Source: the human T2T-CHM13v2.0 reference genome, Homo sapiens. Taken from it: a stretch of 64,000 nucleotides of DNA. Shown here piece by piece: positions 27,480 to 51,343 of the stretch (the stretch's first letter is position 1; each line of letters starts with the position of its first letter). Position numbers and translations under genes: made by a program. The notes under the pieces are model-generated. The model saw nothing but the letters and a program-made list of their open reading frames with translations, ran no database searches and was not told the DNA's origin. The stretch lies in the NCBI RefSeq assembly GCF_009914755.1, contig NC_060931.1; one strand, 5' to 3'.

Positions 27480-28695
<1,216 letters not shown>

Positions 28696-28719
28696 TGAGC
28701 CACCATGCCTGGCTTTATG

Positions 28720-29294
<575 letters not shown>

Positions 29295-29759
29295 TCAAAA
29301 AACAAAAAAACAAAAAACCAAAAAAAAATCCTTGTAATTGCTGGGCATGGTGGCTTCCACCCATAATCCCAACACTTTGGGAGGTCAAAGCAGGAGGAAC
29401 ACTTGAGGCCCAGAGTTTGAAACCAGCCGGGACAACATAGTGAGACCTCACCTCTATGAAAAAATAAAAATAAATATTAGCCAGACACGGTGGTGTGTCC
29501 CTGTACTCCCAGCTACTTGAGAGGCTGAGGTGAGATCGCTTTAGCCCAGGAGTTTGAGATCAGCCTGGGCGACATAATTAAATTTCATCTCTACAAAAAT
29601 GAGCTGGGCATGGGTAACATGCATGTGTAGTCCCAGCTACTTAAGAGGCTCAGGTGGGAGGATCACTTGAGCTCAGGAGGTCAAAGCTATAGTGAGCTAT
29701 GATCACAACACTGCACTCCACCCTGGATGACATGGGGAGATTTTGTCTCAAAAAAAGAA

Positions 29760-31600
<1,841 letters not shown>

Positions 31601-32532
31601 TCCACACACACATTCAGTCGGAAGTGTGTGAGTAGAGACTAACATGGGCTTTTCTTTCACCTGTCTACCTGCTTAACTGCATAGGAGAGGCAATACGTGG
31701 TGCTCATGAACAAAGCAAACATTAAAGTCAGACCAGACCCCACATTTGACTCAGTCTTAATATCCAGGTGAGCTTGGGCAAATCACTCATTATTCCTAAG
31801 TCTTCATCACTTCATTCACAAAATGGGGATAACTGTGGCACCTACCTGTGATTTTGTGAGAATTAATGAAATATTATGCTTGATGTTATTGTGATCATTA
31901 TACCTATTCCAAACTATTTGGCAAGGACAGTGATAGATGATAACATCAAAAGATTAGAAACTGTAATGAGGCCTCTCGGGCAAAATTCCATACAAGCAAA
32001 TTACTATCTCTCCAAAGCATTCCTGCCACACTTAATTCACCATTCCCTGAATAAAATGTGCCGTCTTTATCGTCCAGGTCTTTACAGTGCTGGTCTCCCT
32101 ACTTGAGCAGCTCACTCCATCCCAGCCCATTCCCCATCCCTCCACCTCCCCCTTCTCTGCCCACTCTCATACAATTCTTCCTCATCTTTCAGGACCCAGC
32201 TTCAATGTCACCTTAACTGGATGCTTCTCTCACCCTCCAGAAGTACTTCCTATTGCATTTGATGCATGAACTATTATTTGATCATTTTTGAGTCACAGTC
32301 CAAGTCTTTTTGTAACTGAATAACATGTTGCCCAGTCAGTCTCTCTTCCTGGACTCTGAAGTCTTTCATGGTAGATCCAGCTGGAAGTGACAAAAAGATA
32401 TTCTTTAAAAAAAAAGGATGACACAGACAGACACAAGTTCTTAAACGTTTTAAATGGTATATGAAAAGCAATCAAAATTCAGAGGCTTATGGGGAACACT
32501 TAGGAAGCAAAGAATTACTGGGAACTTCATAA

Positions 32533-32746
<214 letters not shown>

Positions 32747-33129
32747 TAGCCAGGATGGTCTCGATCTCCTGACCTCGTGATCTGCCTGCCTTGGCTTCCC
32801 AAAGTGCTGGGATTACAGGCGTGAGCCACCATGCCCGGTCTAATTTTTATTTTATTTTATCTTATTTTTTGAGACTGAGTCTCATTCTGTTACCTACACT
32901 GGAATGCAGTGGTGCAATCAGGGCTCACTGCAGCGTCAACCTCCTGGGCTCAAGTAATCTCCCATAATTTTTATTTGGTTTAAGAAACTCAGTCTTGGTT
33001 GAGCGTGGTGGCTTACGCCTGTAATCTCAACAGTTTGGGAGGCTGAGAGGGGTGGATTACTCGAGCCCAGCAGTTTGAGATCAGCCTGGGCAACATATTA
33101 AGACCCTGTCTCTACGCAAAAAACAGAGT

Positions 33130-34560
<1,431 letters not shown>

Positions 34561-34855
34561 AGTGGGTATGGGTGGATTTTGGTATACACAGAAATGGGGG
34601 AGCTGGAACTAATCCCCCCCATATACCAAGGGACAAATTGTATCTGTTTTTACAATTATACTGTAGGATACATTATGTTCCATGACAATGGTAATTTTTA
34701 ATGACAGTTTTTAATTGAGTGGAATTACCATAAAAATAATAAAAGTAGCAGCTAATATTTACTGAGCCGTTACTAGGTGCCTATAAATACCATAAATTTT
34801 TAAATTCCCCATAACTCTTCCTTATTCCACTTAACCACTTTATCTTAAATTACTC

Positions 34856-34956
34856 ATGTTTGCTTCAGTAGCACATATACTAAAGTTGGAACGATAGAGA
34901 GATTGGCATGGCCTCTGTGCAAGAATGACATGCAAATTTGTGAATCATTCGTTTTT
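34856..34956 (+). pseudogene. U6 snRNA retropseudogene
   Basis: ATGTTTGCTTCAGTAGCACATATACTAAAGTTGGAACGATAGAGAGATTGGCATGGCC...CAAATTTGTGAA is degenerate U6 with an altered ACAGAGA box; A-rich tail; short AAATTAC direct repeats on both sides. Confidence 0.92.
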
Positions 34957-35546
34957 AAAAAGAAAAAAATTACATCCGGATTTTCACTGTGTACATATGA
35001 CCTTTTGTTTAGGTTGAATTATATCCAAAGATGGTATTTCCAGAAGTGAGATTACTGTGAGTCACAGGGCATGAGCATTCTTATTACACTTGATGTAAAT
35101 TGTCGAGTTTTCAGGCATGGTGGCTGTCTGCTTATAATTCCAGCACTTTCAGAGGCTGAGGTGGGAGGACTGCTTGAGCCCAGTAAGTTGTGGCTGCAGT
35201 GAGCCATAACTGCACCACTGCACCGCTGCACTCCAGTCTGGGCAAGAGAGTGAGATAGAAGGTTGACTTTTTAATAGAATTTTTCTGTTCACTTAAAGAT
35301 ATGGCCAGGACTGTGCTATATGAAAATTTTCATAAAATAATTATCTCATCCAATTAATGTTGGAATTGGGAACAGAAAATGTTTTGGTGACTATTTATTC
35401 CTTCACTTGCTGTTATAGAAACTATTGCCAGTGGGCACTTAACAACGAAGTGTCATCTCTGAGCTACTCACAATGAAAGGTGATGTCTGGGGCCCAGGTG
35501 TGTTGAGGTCCCCATGTCTGGGCTATGGGTGCTGAGTGGGACTTAC

Positions 35547-35624
35547 TTGTCCATCCATTTTCTGTATTCCAGCACTGGGAAACTTGCGTTTATCCATCTT
35601 GATAAAAGGTCATTTAAATTCCAC
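35547..35624 (-). other. Candidate internal non-coding exon (78 bp; alternative donor extends it to 35472)
   Basis: Acceptor ttttttccatttgtggtttttgccAG|GTGG; donor ACAA|GTAAGT; second donor ATT|GTGAGT. Confidence 0.55.
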
Positions 35625-37665
35625 CTGGCAAAAACCACAAATGGAAAAAAGGCCATGAAACTACAGGCTAGCCCTTGTTCTCAAAAGAATATTTAGCTAA
35701 GGTGGTTCTGTAAAAGAGGAATCACATTGTTGAAAACTCATCGCAGGTCAGGTGAGGTGGCTCACACCTGTAATCCCAGCCCATTGGGAGACTAAAGCAG
35801 GAGGATATCCCGTGAGGCCAGAAATTCAAGACCAGCCTGAGCAACAGAGCGAAACCTCATCTCTGCAAAAAATTAGAAAATGAGCTGGGTGTGGTGGCAC
35901 ATTCCTATAGTCCCAGTTACTTTGGAGGCTGAAGTGGGAGGATCAAAGTGGAAGCTGCAGAAGTAGAAGCTGCAGTGAGCTCTGATCTCACCACTGCACT
36001 CCAGCCTGGGTGACAGAGTGCACACACACACAAACACACACACACACACACACACCCCTCATCTCAGTCTGCCCAGCCTTGACTAGTGAAAAGGGTCTTC
36101 TGGTTACAGAAGAGGTATGCTCTTTTTTAGGACAGGGAGGGACCAGCAAGCTTGTTCACAGCCTTTCCCTCATTCTCTGCTTAGTTTTCCAAGAACCTTC
36201 AGGTGGAAAGGGAGTCCCTGGAGAAAAGACCTAACTCATCAGGTTACCAAAGGAGAAATATGCATCCTTTGTCAATTAATAAATGGAACACCTGCCTTAA
36301 AAACCAGGGAGTTCTGCTAGGGTGAATCACTCCCTACGACCCTGACCTATGTAGGGAACATAAAAACCTGGAGTTTGGGGACCTATAATATTGAAGGCCA
36401 CATTGCAGTTGTGGAGACCTTACCAAAGTACAGCCTTTCCACAAGCAACTACCAAACACCAGCTGCCTCTCTCCATGGGGCACAGCTGTATCTCTGGCTC
36501 TCGTTTCCCCCGGAGATGCTCTATTCCAGCCTTCTCTTACATTTTGTATCCCGCACAGTTCCTGGCATAAGGACTTACAACATAGCAGGCTGCTATGTTA
36601 ATGGTGATATACTGCAGATCCAACCTGAAATTCCAGCAGGGCGCTTTGTGTTTGAGAAATTAAAGGGGAGAGAATGGACCCAGCCTGCTAGAATATAAAA
36701 AATTTAAAGAAGAAAAAAATATTAAAATAAAATTTTCTCCTAAAGAGCACTCAAAAGCACACTCCCACCAATGCTGGATCTATTTATCTCTCTCTTGCTT
36801 TTTTCTTTCTGAGATAGGGTCTCACTCTGTCACTCAGACTGGAGTGCAATGGCAAGATCACCGCTTACTGTAGCTTTCAATTCCTGGGCTCAAGCTATCC
36901 TCCCACTTCAGCCTCCCGAGTAGCTGCGATTGCAGGTGCATGCCACCATGCCTGGCTAATTTTTAAATTTTTTGTAGAGATGGGGTCTCACTATGGCCCA
37001 GACTGGTCTTGAACTCCTGGGTCAAACTAATCCTCCTGCCTTGGCCTAGTGCTAGGATTATAGGCTTTAGCCACTGAGCCCAGTCTATTTATCTTTCTAT
37101 AACTCACATATTAAATCTTCCTCCTTAAATCACCTCCTACCCACCCATCTGCAGGGACAGCAAACACAGGTCTCAGAGGGTCAGGCAACCTACAGGAGGG
37201 AATGAGGCCAGAGTAATATGGGAGACCGGGGGGAACTGTAGCAAACTGCAAGGTATTCACTTCAACAGTTCTTCAACACTGTGATGGTCAAACCAAACAC
37301 AGAAACAGGAAGCCCAGTTCAATCACCAGCAGCCAATGTGGGATATTTGATCCACATGCTACAGGGCAAACTGCTTACGATAAATGACCTGGTCTCCACC
37401 AACCTGCTCTTGAAGTCTAGCCGCTCCTGCCCAACTTCCTACACTCTACTGACATGACCCACATTCACAGTACTCTCCTGAAACTTTGCTTGTTCACTCT
37501 TTTATTTTCCCAACGAATATTTTTCTTTTTCTTTTTTTTACTTTTTTTGAGACACAGTCCCCTTCTGTCACACAGGCTGAAGTACAGCAGGATGATTATG
37601 GCTCACTGCAGCTTCCATCACCTGGGCTCAAGTGATCCTCCCACCTTAGCCTCCCAAGTAGTTGA

Positions 37666-38029
<364 letters not shown>

Positions 38030-38582
38030 TAGAGACAGGGTCTCACTATGTTGCCCAGACTGGCCTTGAACTCCTGGGCACAAGTAATCCTCTGGCCCCC
38101 ACCTCCCAAAGAGCTGGGATTACAGGATTGCACCAACACATCAGGCCCTAACAAACACTTCTTGAGCTCCTACTAAATACCAGGCACTATAATAGGTGCC
38201 CAGGAAACAGCAGTGAACAAGGTATAAGAGTTTCTGCCCTTGGCCGGGCGTGGTGGCTCATGCCTGTAATCCCAGCACTTTGGGAAGCTGAGGCAGGTGA
38301 ATCACCTCAAGTCAGGAGTTCGAGACCAGCCTGACAAACATGGTGAAACCCTGTCTCTACTAAAAGTACAAAAATTAGCAAGGCATGGTTGTGCATGTCT
38401 GTAATCCCAGCTACAGCTACTCGGGAGGCTGAGGCAGGAGAATCGCTTCAACCCAGGAGGCGGAGGTTGCAATGAGCTGAGGCGCTGCACTCCAGCCTGG
38501 GCAACAAGAGTGAAACTCCGTATCAAAAAAAAAAAAAAAAAAAAGTTTCTGCCCTCGCAGAGCTTATAGGGTAGCAGGAAAT

Positions 38583-39310
38583 TGATATAGCTTGAACGTT
38601 TGTCTCTTCCAAATCTTATTGAAATTGAATCCCTAATGTTGGAGGTGGGGCCTGGTGGGAGGTGTGTGAGTCATGAGGGCAGATCCCTCATGAATGGCTT
38701 GGTGCCCTCCCCAAGGTAATGAGTGAGTTCTCTCTCTACTAGTTCACATGAGAGCTGATTGTTTAAAGAGCCTGGCACCTCCTCCCCTCTCCCTTGCTCC
38801 CTCTTCTCAACAAGTGACATGCCGGCTCCTCCTTCATCTTCCGCCATGAGAGGAAGCCTCCTGAGGTCCTCACCAGCAGATGCTGGTACTATGCTTTTTT
38901 TTTTTTCCTGAGACAGAGTCTCACTCTGACACTCAGGCGAGAGAGCAGTAGTGTAATTATGGCTCACTGCAACCCTGACATCCCGGGCTAAAGAGGTCTT
39001 TTTACCTTAGCCTTTCAAGTAGCTGAAATCACAGGCATGCATCAGTGTACCATCATACTTGGCTATTTTTTTTTTTATTTTTAGCAGAGACAAGATCTTA
39101 TCATGTTTCCCAGGCTGCTTTTGAACTTCTGGGCTCAAGCAATCCTCCTGCTTCAGCGTCCCAAAGTGCCGGGATTACAGGTGTGGGCCACTGCTCCCAG
39201 CCTGGCACCATGCTACTTGTATAGTCTGCAGGACTGTGAGCCAAATAAACTGTTTTTCTTTATAAACTACCCAGCCTGAGGTGTTTCCTTACAGCAATGC
39301 AAAATGGACT
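38583..39310 (+). mobile_element. MST-type MaLR LTR interrupted by an Alu (~38895-39205)
   Basis: TGATATAGCTTG...GGAGGTGGGGCCTGGTGGGAGGTG...GAGCCAAATAAAC...TACCCAGCCT; Alu flanked by CTGG(T/C)AC(T/C)ATGCT repeats. Confidence 0.8.
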
Positions 39311-40395
39311 AACCTAGGAATCACAGGCCAACACTTACCAGACTGTGATGAGCACATGACAATAGTACAGACTGGGACTGAAACATTCCCCAGGGGCTTC
39401 TTGTTGCATCATAGAGAGTAGGGTGAGACATCTTGGCTGAGGCTAAAGATGAGCAAAGATGAGAGTGAAAGAGTGATGATGGAGGTAGGGAGAGAGATTC
39501 CTGAAGGACCAGTGAAGTCCCCCAAGGAAACTGACATTCCTGTGGCTGGAGGGTAGGGATTTGGGGAGGCTGGTGCAGGATAAAACTGGGAAGGTGAGCA
39601 GAGGCCAGCTCTTACCAGGCCCTGTGGCCAAATTAGTTTGGACTTTGTCTTAAAGGCAATGGGCAGTCACCAGCAGGTTTTAATCAAGAACTATTTTGAT
39701 CCAAATTTGCCTTTTAGGAGAATTCCTCTGGCTTCAGTGAACAGGCCGAAGTGAGCAAGCCTAATAGGAAGACAATTGGAGGCCCTCACAATAAACCAGT
39801 GTAAAAGAGAATAGGGCCGGGCATGGTGGCTCCTGCCTGTAATCTCAAAACTTTAGAAGTCCAAGGTGGGTGGATGGCTTGAGCCCAGGAGTTTGAGACC
39901 AGCCAGAGCAATGTGATGAAACACATCTCTACAAAACACAAAAATTAGTTGGGCATGATGGCTCGTACCTGTTGTCCCAGCTACCCCAGAGTCTGAGGCA
40001 GAAGGATAGCTTGAGCCTGAGAGGTTGAGACTGCAGTGAGCCAAGATCAAACCACTGTGCTCCAGCCTGGGCAACACAGGAAGACTGTCTCAAAAAAAAA
40101 AAAAAAAAAAGAAAAGAGAAAAAGTTCCCATTCTTCACTTATTAGTGCCCTAACATTATCATGAGAACCCTGGTGACACAGTGAATTCAACTGTCATGGT
40201 AATTCAGCAACCAACACGTTTAATAATTATTGATTACCAATTGATATTGATTACCAATAATATCACCCCTGTGGATACAAGAAATAAGGAATTGTGTTTG
40301 TGCTATCATGGGAGCTCTCTGGATCTCAGACCATGACTTATGCTGAGAGGTAAAGACTTGAGCTTTTTGCTTTTCTCTCTGTAAGTGCTCAAGTG

Positions 40396-41647
<1,252 letters not shown>

Positions 41648-42519
41648 TATAACAAGCAGTAACTGTCCCTACTGTCCCAATGCTGAGATACTGTGATCAA
41701 GGAAAAGACTCCCCCACTATGGCTGAGATCCAGCCCCCACTTGGAGAGAGCACAGTCATGGGTAATTCAATAGCAGAATTGCTGCATTACCACATGGTCG
41801 AACATGCTAGCAATCTGCCCTCTGGAATTTGCTGAAAATTCACCCTCTGGGGTGCTAGATTAAGCTATTAATGAACAGTTGTCTCACTACAAATCCACCC
41901 AGGCAGGTGCAGAGAAACTGCTGGTCACTGGGTGCTGCTGAGCACCGTGCAGGGCAAGAGCCCGGTACTGGAGAAGCTCAGTGCCTGTGGAGATTCGCAC
42001 ACCACAACCAGAAAGAAAAGCCTCTTACAAGGTCCCTCTAGTACTATGTACTGACAACATTTAATCATGTACCAGCTGACAGAAGAAGCATTTAAGGAAC
42101 CCACCTCTATGTTTGCAGATCAGGCAGTGAAGGGTGAATATGGAACTGATGGGCAGTCATTGGATGGATAGCTGGTACATGACACGTTTCCTTCTACCAA
42201 GAAAGAAAGGGAAGAGAGAGAAGAGAGAGAGGACCAGGCATGGTGGTTCACACCTATAATCCCAGCAGTGTGGGAGGCCAAGGAAGGTGGATCACTTGGG
42301 TCCAGGAGTTAGAAACCAGCCTGGGCGACATAGTGAAATCCTGTCTCTACTAAAAATAAAAGAAATTAGCTGAGTGTGCTGGAGTTTGACTGTAGTCCCA
42401 ACTTCTCAAGAGGCTGAAATAAAAGGATCACGAGTGTCTGGGGGTTCGAGACTGCAGTGAGCCGTGTTCACACCACTGCACTCCTGCCTAAGTGACACAG
42501 CGAGATCATGTCTCAAAAA

Positions 42520-43690
42520 AAGAAATGTTGGTGAAAATGTGGAGAAATTGGAACCCACATACATTACTGGTGGGAACACAAAATGGTTTAACTACTTTGG
42601 GTGTTTCTTTTCTTGTCATTTTATTTATTTATTTATATTTTTACTTTTTTTGTGTGACAGAGTCTCACTCTTTTGCCCTGGCTGGAATGCAGTGGTGTGA
42701 TCCTGACTCACTGCAACCTCCACCTCCTGGGTTCAAAAAATTCTCCTTGCCTCAACCTCCCGAGTAGCTGGGATTACAGGCATCTGCCACCATACCCAGC
42801 CAGGCTGGTTTTGAACTCCTGACCTCAAGTTATCCACCCACCTCAGCCTTTCAAAGTGCTGGGATTACAGACATAAGCCACCGCACCTGTCTTCTTGTCA
42901 TTTTAATTTGATTTTTCAAAAACCGAGACAGGGTCTTGCTATCTTGCCCAAGCTGGTCTCTCTTTACTCATAGGCTCAAGTGATCCTCCCACCTCAGCCT
43001 CTCATGTAGCTGGGATTACATCAGTCACTGCACCTGACTGGTGTAACCACTTTGGAAAACAGTTTCTCAAAAGGCTAAATGTACAACATCATAGAATGCA
43101 ACAATTTCTCTCCTAGGTATATATCCCAGAAAAATAAAAATGTATGTCCACACAAAAACTTGTACATGAATCTTCATAGGAGCATTATTCATTAACAGCC
43201 AATACATGGAAACAACCCAAATGTTCATCAACTGAAGAATAAATAAAATGTGGTGTTTCTGTACCATGGAATATTATTCAGCCATAGAAGGAACGAAATA
43301 CTGACACATGCTATGACAGGAAGGAACTCTGAAAACACTGTGCTAAGAGGGAAAAAAAAAAACAGCCACAAACAATCACATATTGCACAACCCTATTTAT
43401 ATAGAAGGTCCAGATTAGGCAAATCTATGGTGACAAAAAATAGATCAGTGGTTGCCTATGGGGAACACAGAAGCGTTGAGGGGAGTAAGCCACTAGCTTA
43501 CTCCCCGCCATGTTCTTAGCTAGTGGCAAAGAACAGCGGATTTCTCTATAGGGTAATGAAAGCTTCTAAAATGGATAGTGGTGATAGATCACAGCTCCAT
43601 GAATATTCTAAAAACCACTGAATTGCATACTTTGATAAACAAATTGCATGGTATGTGAACTACATTTCAATAAAGTTGTTATTTAAAAAA
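42520..43690 (+). mobile_element. Old L1M 3' fragment interrupted by Alus
   Basis: GGAGAAATTGGAACCCACATACATT, CCACTTTGGAAAACAGTT, GTCCACACAAAAACTTGTACATGAA, AAAACCACTGAATTG...CAATAAAG. Confidence 0.8.
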
Positions 43691-45752
43691 AGAAAATAGC
43701 AGACTGGACCCAGATGGCCCATGGCTGCCTATAATCCCAGCACTTTGGGAGGCTGAGACAGGAGGATCAATTGAGGACAGGAGTTTGAGATCATCCTGGG
43801 CAGCATAACACGATCCCATCTCTACAACAAAAAAATAAAAAATTTAGCTTTGCATGGTGGTGTACGTCTGTAGTCCAAGCTACTTGGGAGGCTGAGGCGG
43901 GAGTACTGCTTGAGCCCAGGAGTTTGAATCTACAGCGAGCCATGATCACACCACTGCATTGCAACCTGAGTGACAGAGCAAGATCCTGTCTCTAAAAAGG
44001 AAAGAAAAGAAATGCAAGTTTTTATCACTTTGTGAGAGTAACCAAGTTTGTAGAGAAACACATAAGAACAAGAGCACTGAATGGTGAGAGTGGGAGGCTG
44101 GTTAGGCTCATTGCTAGCTAAGGGACTTCTGAAAAATTCATTAGTAAAATCACAGCTCTGGGGGTCAGTCAGGCAGCCAAATGATGAATGTTAAATCCAT
44201 TACAAATGCCCATCGTCTTTCTTTACATCCCTTCTAATGAAAAATTCCTAACTGCCTAAATAGCAAGTGTTCTCAAATGATAGCAGCTGTTTATTAAAGA
44301 AATAACACCTCAAATTTTAAAAACCATGAGTCAAATATTATTTTCTTCCTCCCATTTTATATGTGTGCAACCTAAAGAATAGAGAATTTAAGTAATTTTT
44401 CTAAGTGGCAGAGCACAGATTTAAATCCTATTACCTTGGCCTCAGAGTTTGTGCTTTATTTTATTTTATTATTTTAAAATTCACCTTTTTTAAAACCAAG
44501 AGGCTTATGCAAAATTCTGCTAGGATTCAAAAAAAGCCTCTTGCTTTTCCTGACTGTGGGTGCAGGCAGGGCTCATGCTGCATTTTCTTTACTTATAATT
44601 GGATGGAGACATGATGGATGGAGACATGACGACAGGAGCTCTCTTGGTCATTGTGCACCAGAAAGGAGAGTGAAGAGAGGCACAGGGAAGCCAGTCTTAC
44701 CATGTTTGAGCAACTGAACCAATGTCAGCCTCAGCCTACCTGCACAATTACTTTTATGTGAGAAAAACAGGCATCTCCCTATTTTGATAATCACAGCTAG
44801 CTATAGTAGCAAACAATCCTCAAGTTATTCTTGGTAACATTATTCCTACAGCCTCAATCCTTTTAACTCATTATATTAGCTGTTCATTTCTCTGTTTTTC
44901 CTGACATCTAATTGACAACCAAAAGCTTATGTTATTAAATAAGCTTTGGATTAACGGGATCAATGAATGAAGAGTTTAAAGATAGCAAAAAAAAGTTCAC
45001 AGAAGTACCTGCCAAATGTGCCAACTGACTACTATGAACTAATTTACTTTTGAGAAACATGCTATTTCTTATATGCTACTGACAGTACCTATAAAAATGG
45101 TGCACATTAACTGGCTGTTTTATTTTCTCCCCAATCTTAATATCTAATATCCACAGACTGAGATTAGAGCACCAACGTATACAATGTAACTTCATACTAG
45201 AGTTAGAAGGGGATACAAAGTGTAGAAATCATAATCTTCTCCATAAAGTTCCTGTCACCTTGGAATTAACCTCCCCTTTACATAGTCTCATTGTTCACCT
45301 TGTTCACATCTTCATGGGTTCAGGCTCAGGTCTCTGTGGTCGCACAGTGTGTCTTTTTACCAAAAGGAACACCTCATGCACTTTTCCAAAAGGAGAAAAG
45401 TAAAGGTTTGAATGGATTTTTAGTTCTCGGCATTTTTGAACAGAAATAATCAGGTATTAAGTTGCTCAAAGATGCCCACAAGCTTTCATAGGAGAAACAT
45501 CTAATTCATAACCAAGAGTTTATGTTATTAAGTAAGCTTTCCTTTAACAGGATCAATGAATGAAGAGTTTAAATACTCGCTCTAATCCCCATTCAGTCAT
45601 CTGGTATACTCTCTGTGAGATATACTCTCAGTCATCTGGTATACTCTCTGCGTATGCCAGATGATTAAATGGAAATTATTGCACCACTAAACACCAGTAC
45701 TGCAAACTCTTATTTAAAAAATCAACACCTAGGACAGAAAAAAATGATCCTA

Positions 45753-46374
<622 letters not shown>

Positions 46375-46930
46375 CTAACGCAGTTATTTCCTTTTGCAAT
46401 TATGAGGAGATGGAAGAAATACCCATATTTGATGGTTGGTTGGGAACTGTCTTTGGTATTGTATGAAGTATTTTAATACTGTGAACATGAAAAGATGAGA
46501 ACCCTGCAGACCCCGTGGGCATGGAGAGAAGGAAGTACATTAGAGGGTGTCGTAGGAAATACTTTGATTCCAGGCACTGCTGTTTAAACCACCCCTCAAC
46601 TTCCTTTCCTTAAAAGAATAAAAAAAAAAAAAGCAGACAAAAGATGAAACATTCCATGTGACCCTCTGCACCCTTATTTGTTGTAATAAAGGAAAAGCAT
46701 TTTAGGGATTTTCTTTAGTGCAGTTTATGATGTGATCCATGTTATTTACTCCCTGTTAATAATTTTCAAAATTTCAATTAAAGACATTCAGAAATTTAGC
46801 TTTATCACAGGCAGCTGTTCACAGGTAAAACTAGTTTGGTTACCTTCATCTGTATAAACATGAAGCTAGTGAATTGACATAACTATTAAACTGGAGAATT
46901 AACAGAAACATGGCAAGGACTGGCCCTTAC

Positions 46931-48885
<1,955 letters not shown>

Positions 48886-49389
48886 CTGAAAGAGAACATA
48901 ATTTGTGAAAAATAAAATTTGACACAGACATTCTTTTATTTGTATCTGCATTCTCAAGTACATTATGGACAAGTTCCCTACAATCAAGCAATATTCACTT
49001 CATATTGAAGGCATTTTGCTTAGGATATTGGGCAAATCTGAAGAACAAGCCTAAAAATTAAGTACTTTTGGGAGGAACATTTTAACCCTTTCACTCAAAA
49101 GAAGAGTTATGTTAGTAGCCAAAATGACCTCTGTGTTCTAAGCAGAAATGACCGAAGGCCATTCCACACACCAGTGGCCCTCGGCAGCCTTTGCATTCCA
49201 TCAAGAGTCAGGGTAGCTGTTCAAAGACAGGTGGTGTCTATGATGCAACTAAGCAGCACTCAGTAAGTTCATGTCATCAGACACACAGTAGACAGGATTC
49301 CTGACAAGAGACAGGAAACATCAGCACCAGGTATTGAAATAATGGACAGGAATGCCCCAGGAATGCTGTGAGTGCTCCCCAGTCCTTAC

Positions 49390-49480
49390 TTCCTTCTCCA
49401 TGACAGATACACCTAAAACTGAAACACACTTTCTTGCTGAGCCTGTTCAGAATCGTTCAAGACAGCACTCCAGGAAACCT
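49390..49480 (-). other. Candidate non-coding exon
   Basis: Acceptor atttgttgacAG|AGG; donor GAA|GTAAGG. Confidence 0.4.
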
Positions 49481-50839
49481 CTGTCAACAAATCTAAGTAT
49501 TTGCCACACGTGTTAGCCAGATTTGAAGTACAGACAGTGGAATGACACTTATCCCAACGCCTCCCTTCCTCTCCCATCCTGACACATGAGAAAGCTGAAT
49601 CCAAGAGAAATGAAGTCACCTGCTTGGTTTCGATAGCAAGTGTAGTAGTAAAAATAAACCAAAGCCCAGTTTCTGGGACCTTCCTTTTTTAGGTCCTAAA
49701 CTTCTATAATTCATTCAGACATAACCCTTTACTGATACGTTATCAAATTAAAGACCAACAACAGGTGAAGGACTATGAGTCCCTTCATGTTCATATGAAA
49801 GGGCAAGACTCTTATCTCCAAAAAATAAAAAATAAAAAAATATTTCAATTTAAAAAAATAGTGTGATGGTCTTTGGCAATGTTTAAATAGAAAAGAAGAG
49901 TATCACTTTCAAATAAGCTGACACTTTCTGAACATGTAATAACCAGGGTCACAGAATCACAGAGGCCAGTGAGAAGACTAAAAAGTACCCCTGTGAGCCC
50001 CAGTGATACATACACCACCAGGAAAATTTCCTGTTCCTGTCGCTCCAACGAATCCACAGCAACATAATGTCGGCAAGTGACATGATCTGCCTCCCCTACC
50101 TCCAGGCAGCCACAGGGAAAGTGGAGAGCAAAGGGACCATTCCCTGTGTCACTGATAAATGAGGCTCAATGGGAAACACGAAGCATGAGGGGCACCCAAA
50201 GTTAGATGACAAGTTCAGTATCTCCCCTTTGTCTTCCTGCTTCAGGTATTATCTGCATCTTCTCTTTTCATGATAAGGAAAGAAGCAGCAATAGCAATAG
50301 CGTGTCTAAATGTGGGACTACCCATCGAGCATCATGGAACTTAATATAGAAGTTTATACAACCCTGAGAGCTTTCAGAACCTGGTGTCCTAACATGTACA
50401 TCCAAGTTTTCTAAAGCTCTTGACCAGGCAGTAGACTATGAGCCCCCAGGAGTTCACGCAGGTTTTCTAGGATCTTCACACTGCTAACCACAGTCATGGC
50501 AACGCCTTCATTGCCTTTTTAAACAATTGTTTTCCCAATTGTCCCCTTAAAATTGGGCAGTTTAGGCTGGGCACGGTGGCTCACGCCTGTAATCCCAGCA
50601 CTCTGGGAGGCCAAGGTGGGCAGATCACATGAGGTAAGGCGTTTCAGCCTGGCCAACATGGTAAAACCCTGTCTCTACTATGAAATACAAAAATTAGCTG
50701 AGCATGGTGGTGGATGCCTATAATCCCAGCTACTCAGGAGGCTGAGGTATGAGGTATAAGAATCCCTCGAACCCAGAAGGTGGAGGTTACAGTGAGCTGA
50801 GATAGTACCAGTGCACTACAGCCTGGGCAACAGGAGTGA

Positions 50840-51079
<240 letters not shown>

Positions 51080-51255
51080 TAGCCAGGATGGTCTCGATCT
51101 CCTGACCTCGTGATCTCCTGACCTCCCACCTCAGCCTCCCAAAGTGCTGGGATTACAGGCATGAGCCACGGCACCCAGCCAGGCCCAAATCTTAAAGTAA
51201 AACTTTTAGCACAGAAAATAAGAATTGGTGAGAACTCCATTCCCTGGTTACTTAC

Positions 51256-51343
51256 CCCATAGGCTGAAGAGCTGCCTCTGCCTCTAAGGATCAGGGCATT
51301 CTGTTTTTGATGGCAGAATCTAAGTCAGAATGCAGCACAATCC
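51256..51343 (-). other. Candidate non-coding exon (88 bp)
   Basis: Acceptor gttctcacttttcAG|GGA; donor GGG|GTAAGT. Confidence 0.55.

Noticed and set aside
32310-32382. Candidate exon with strong minus-strand acceptor (tttttgtcacttccAG|CTGG)
   Set aside because: The apparent exon end reads CAG|TTACAA with no GT donor, so it is not supported as an exon here.
34856-34956. Functional U6 snRNA gene
   Set aside because: Multiple substitutions and deletions including the ACAGAGA box region, plus an A-tail and flanking direct repeats; this is a retropseudogene.
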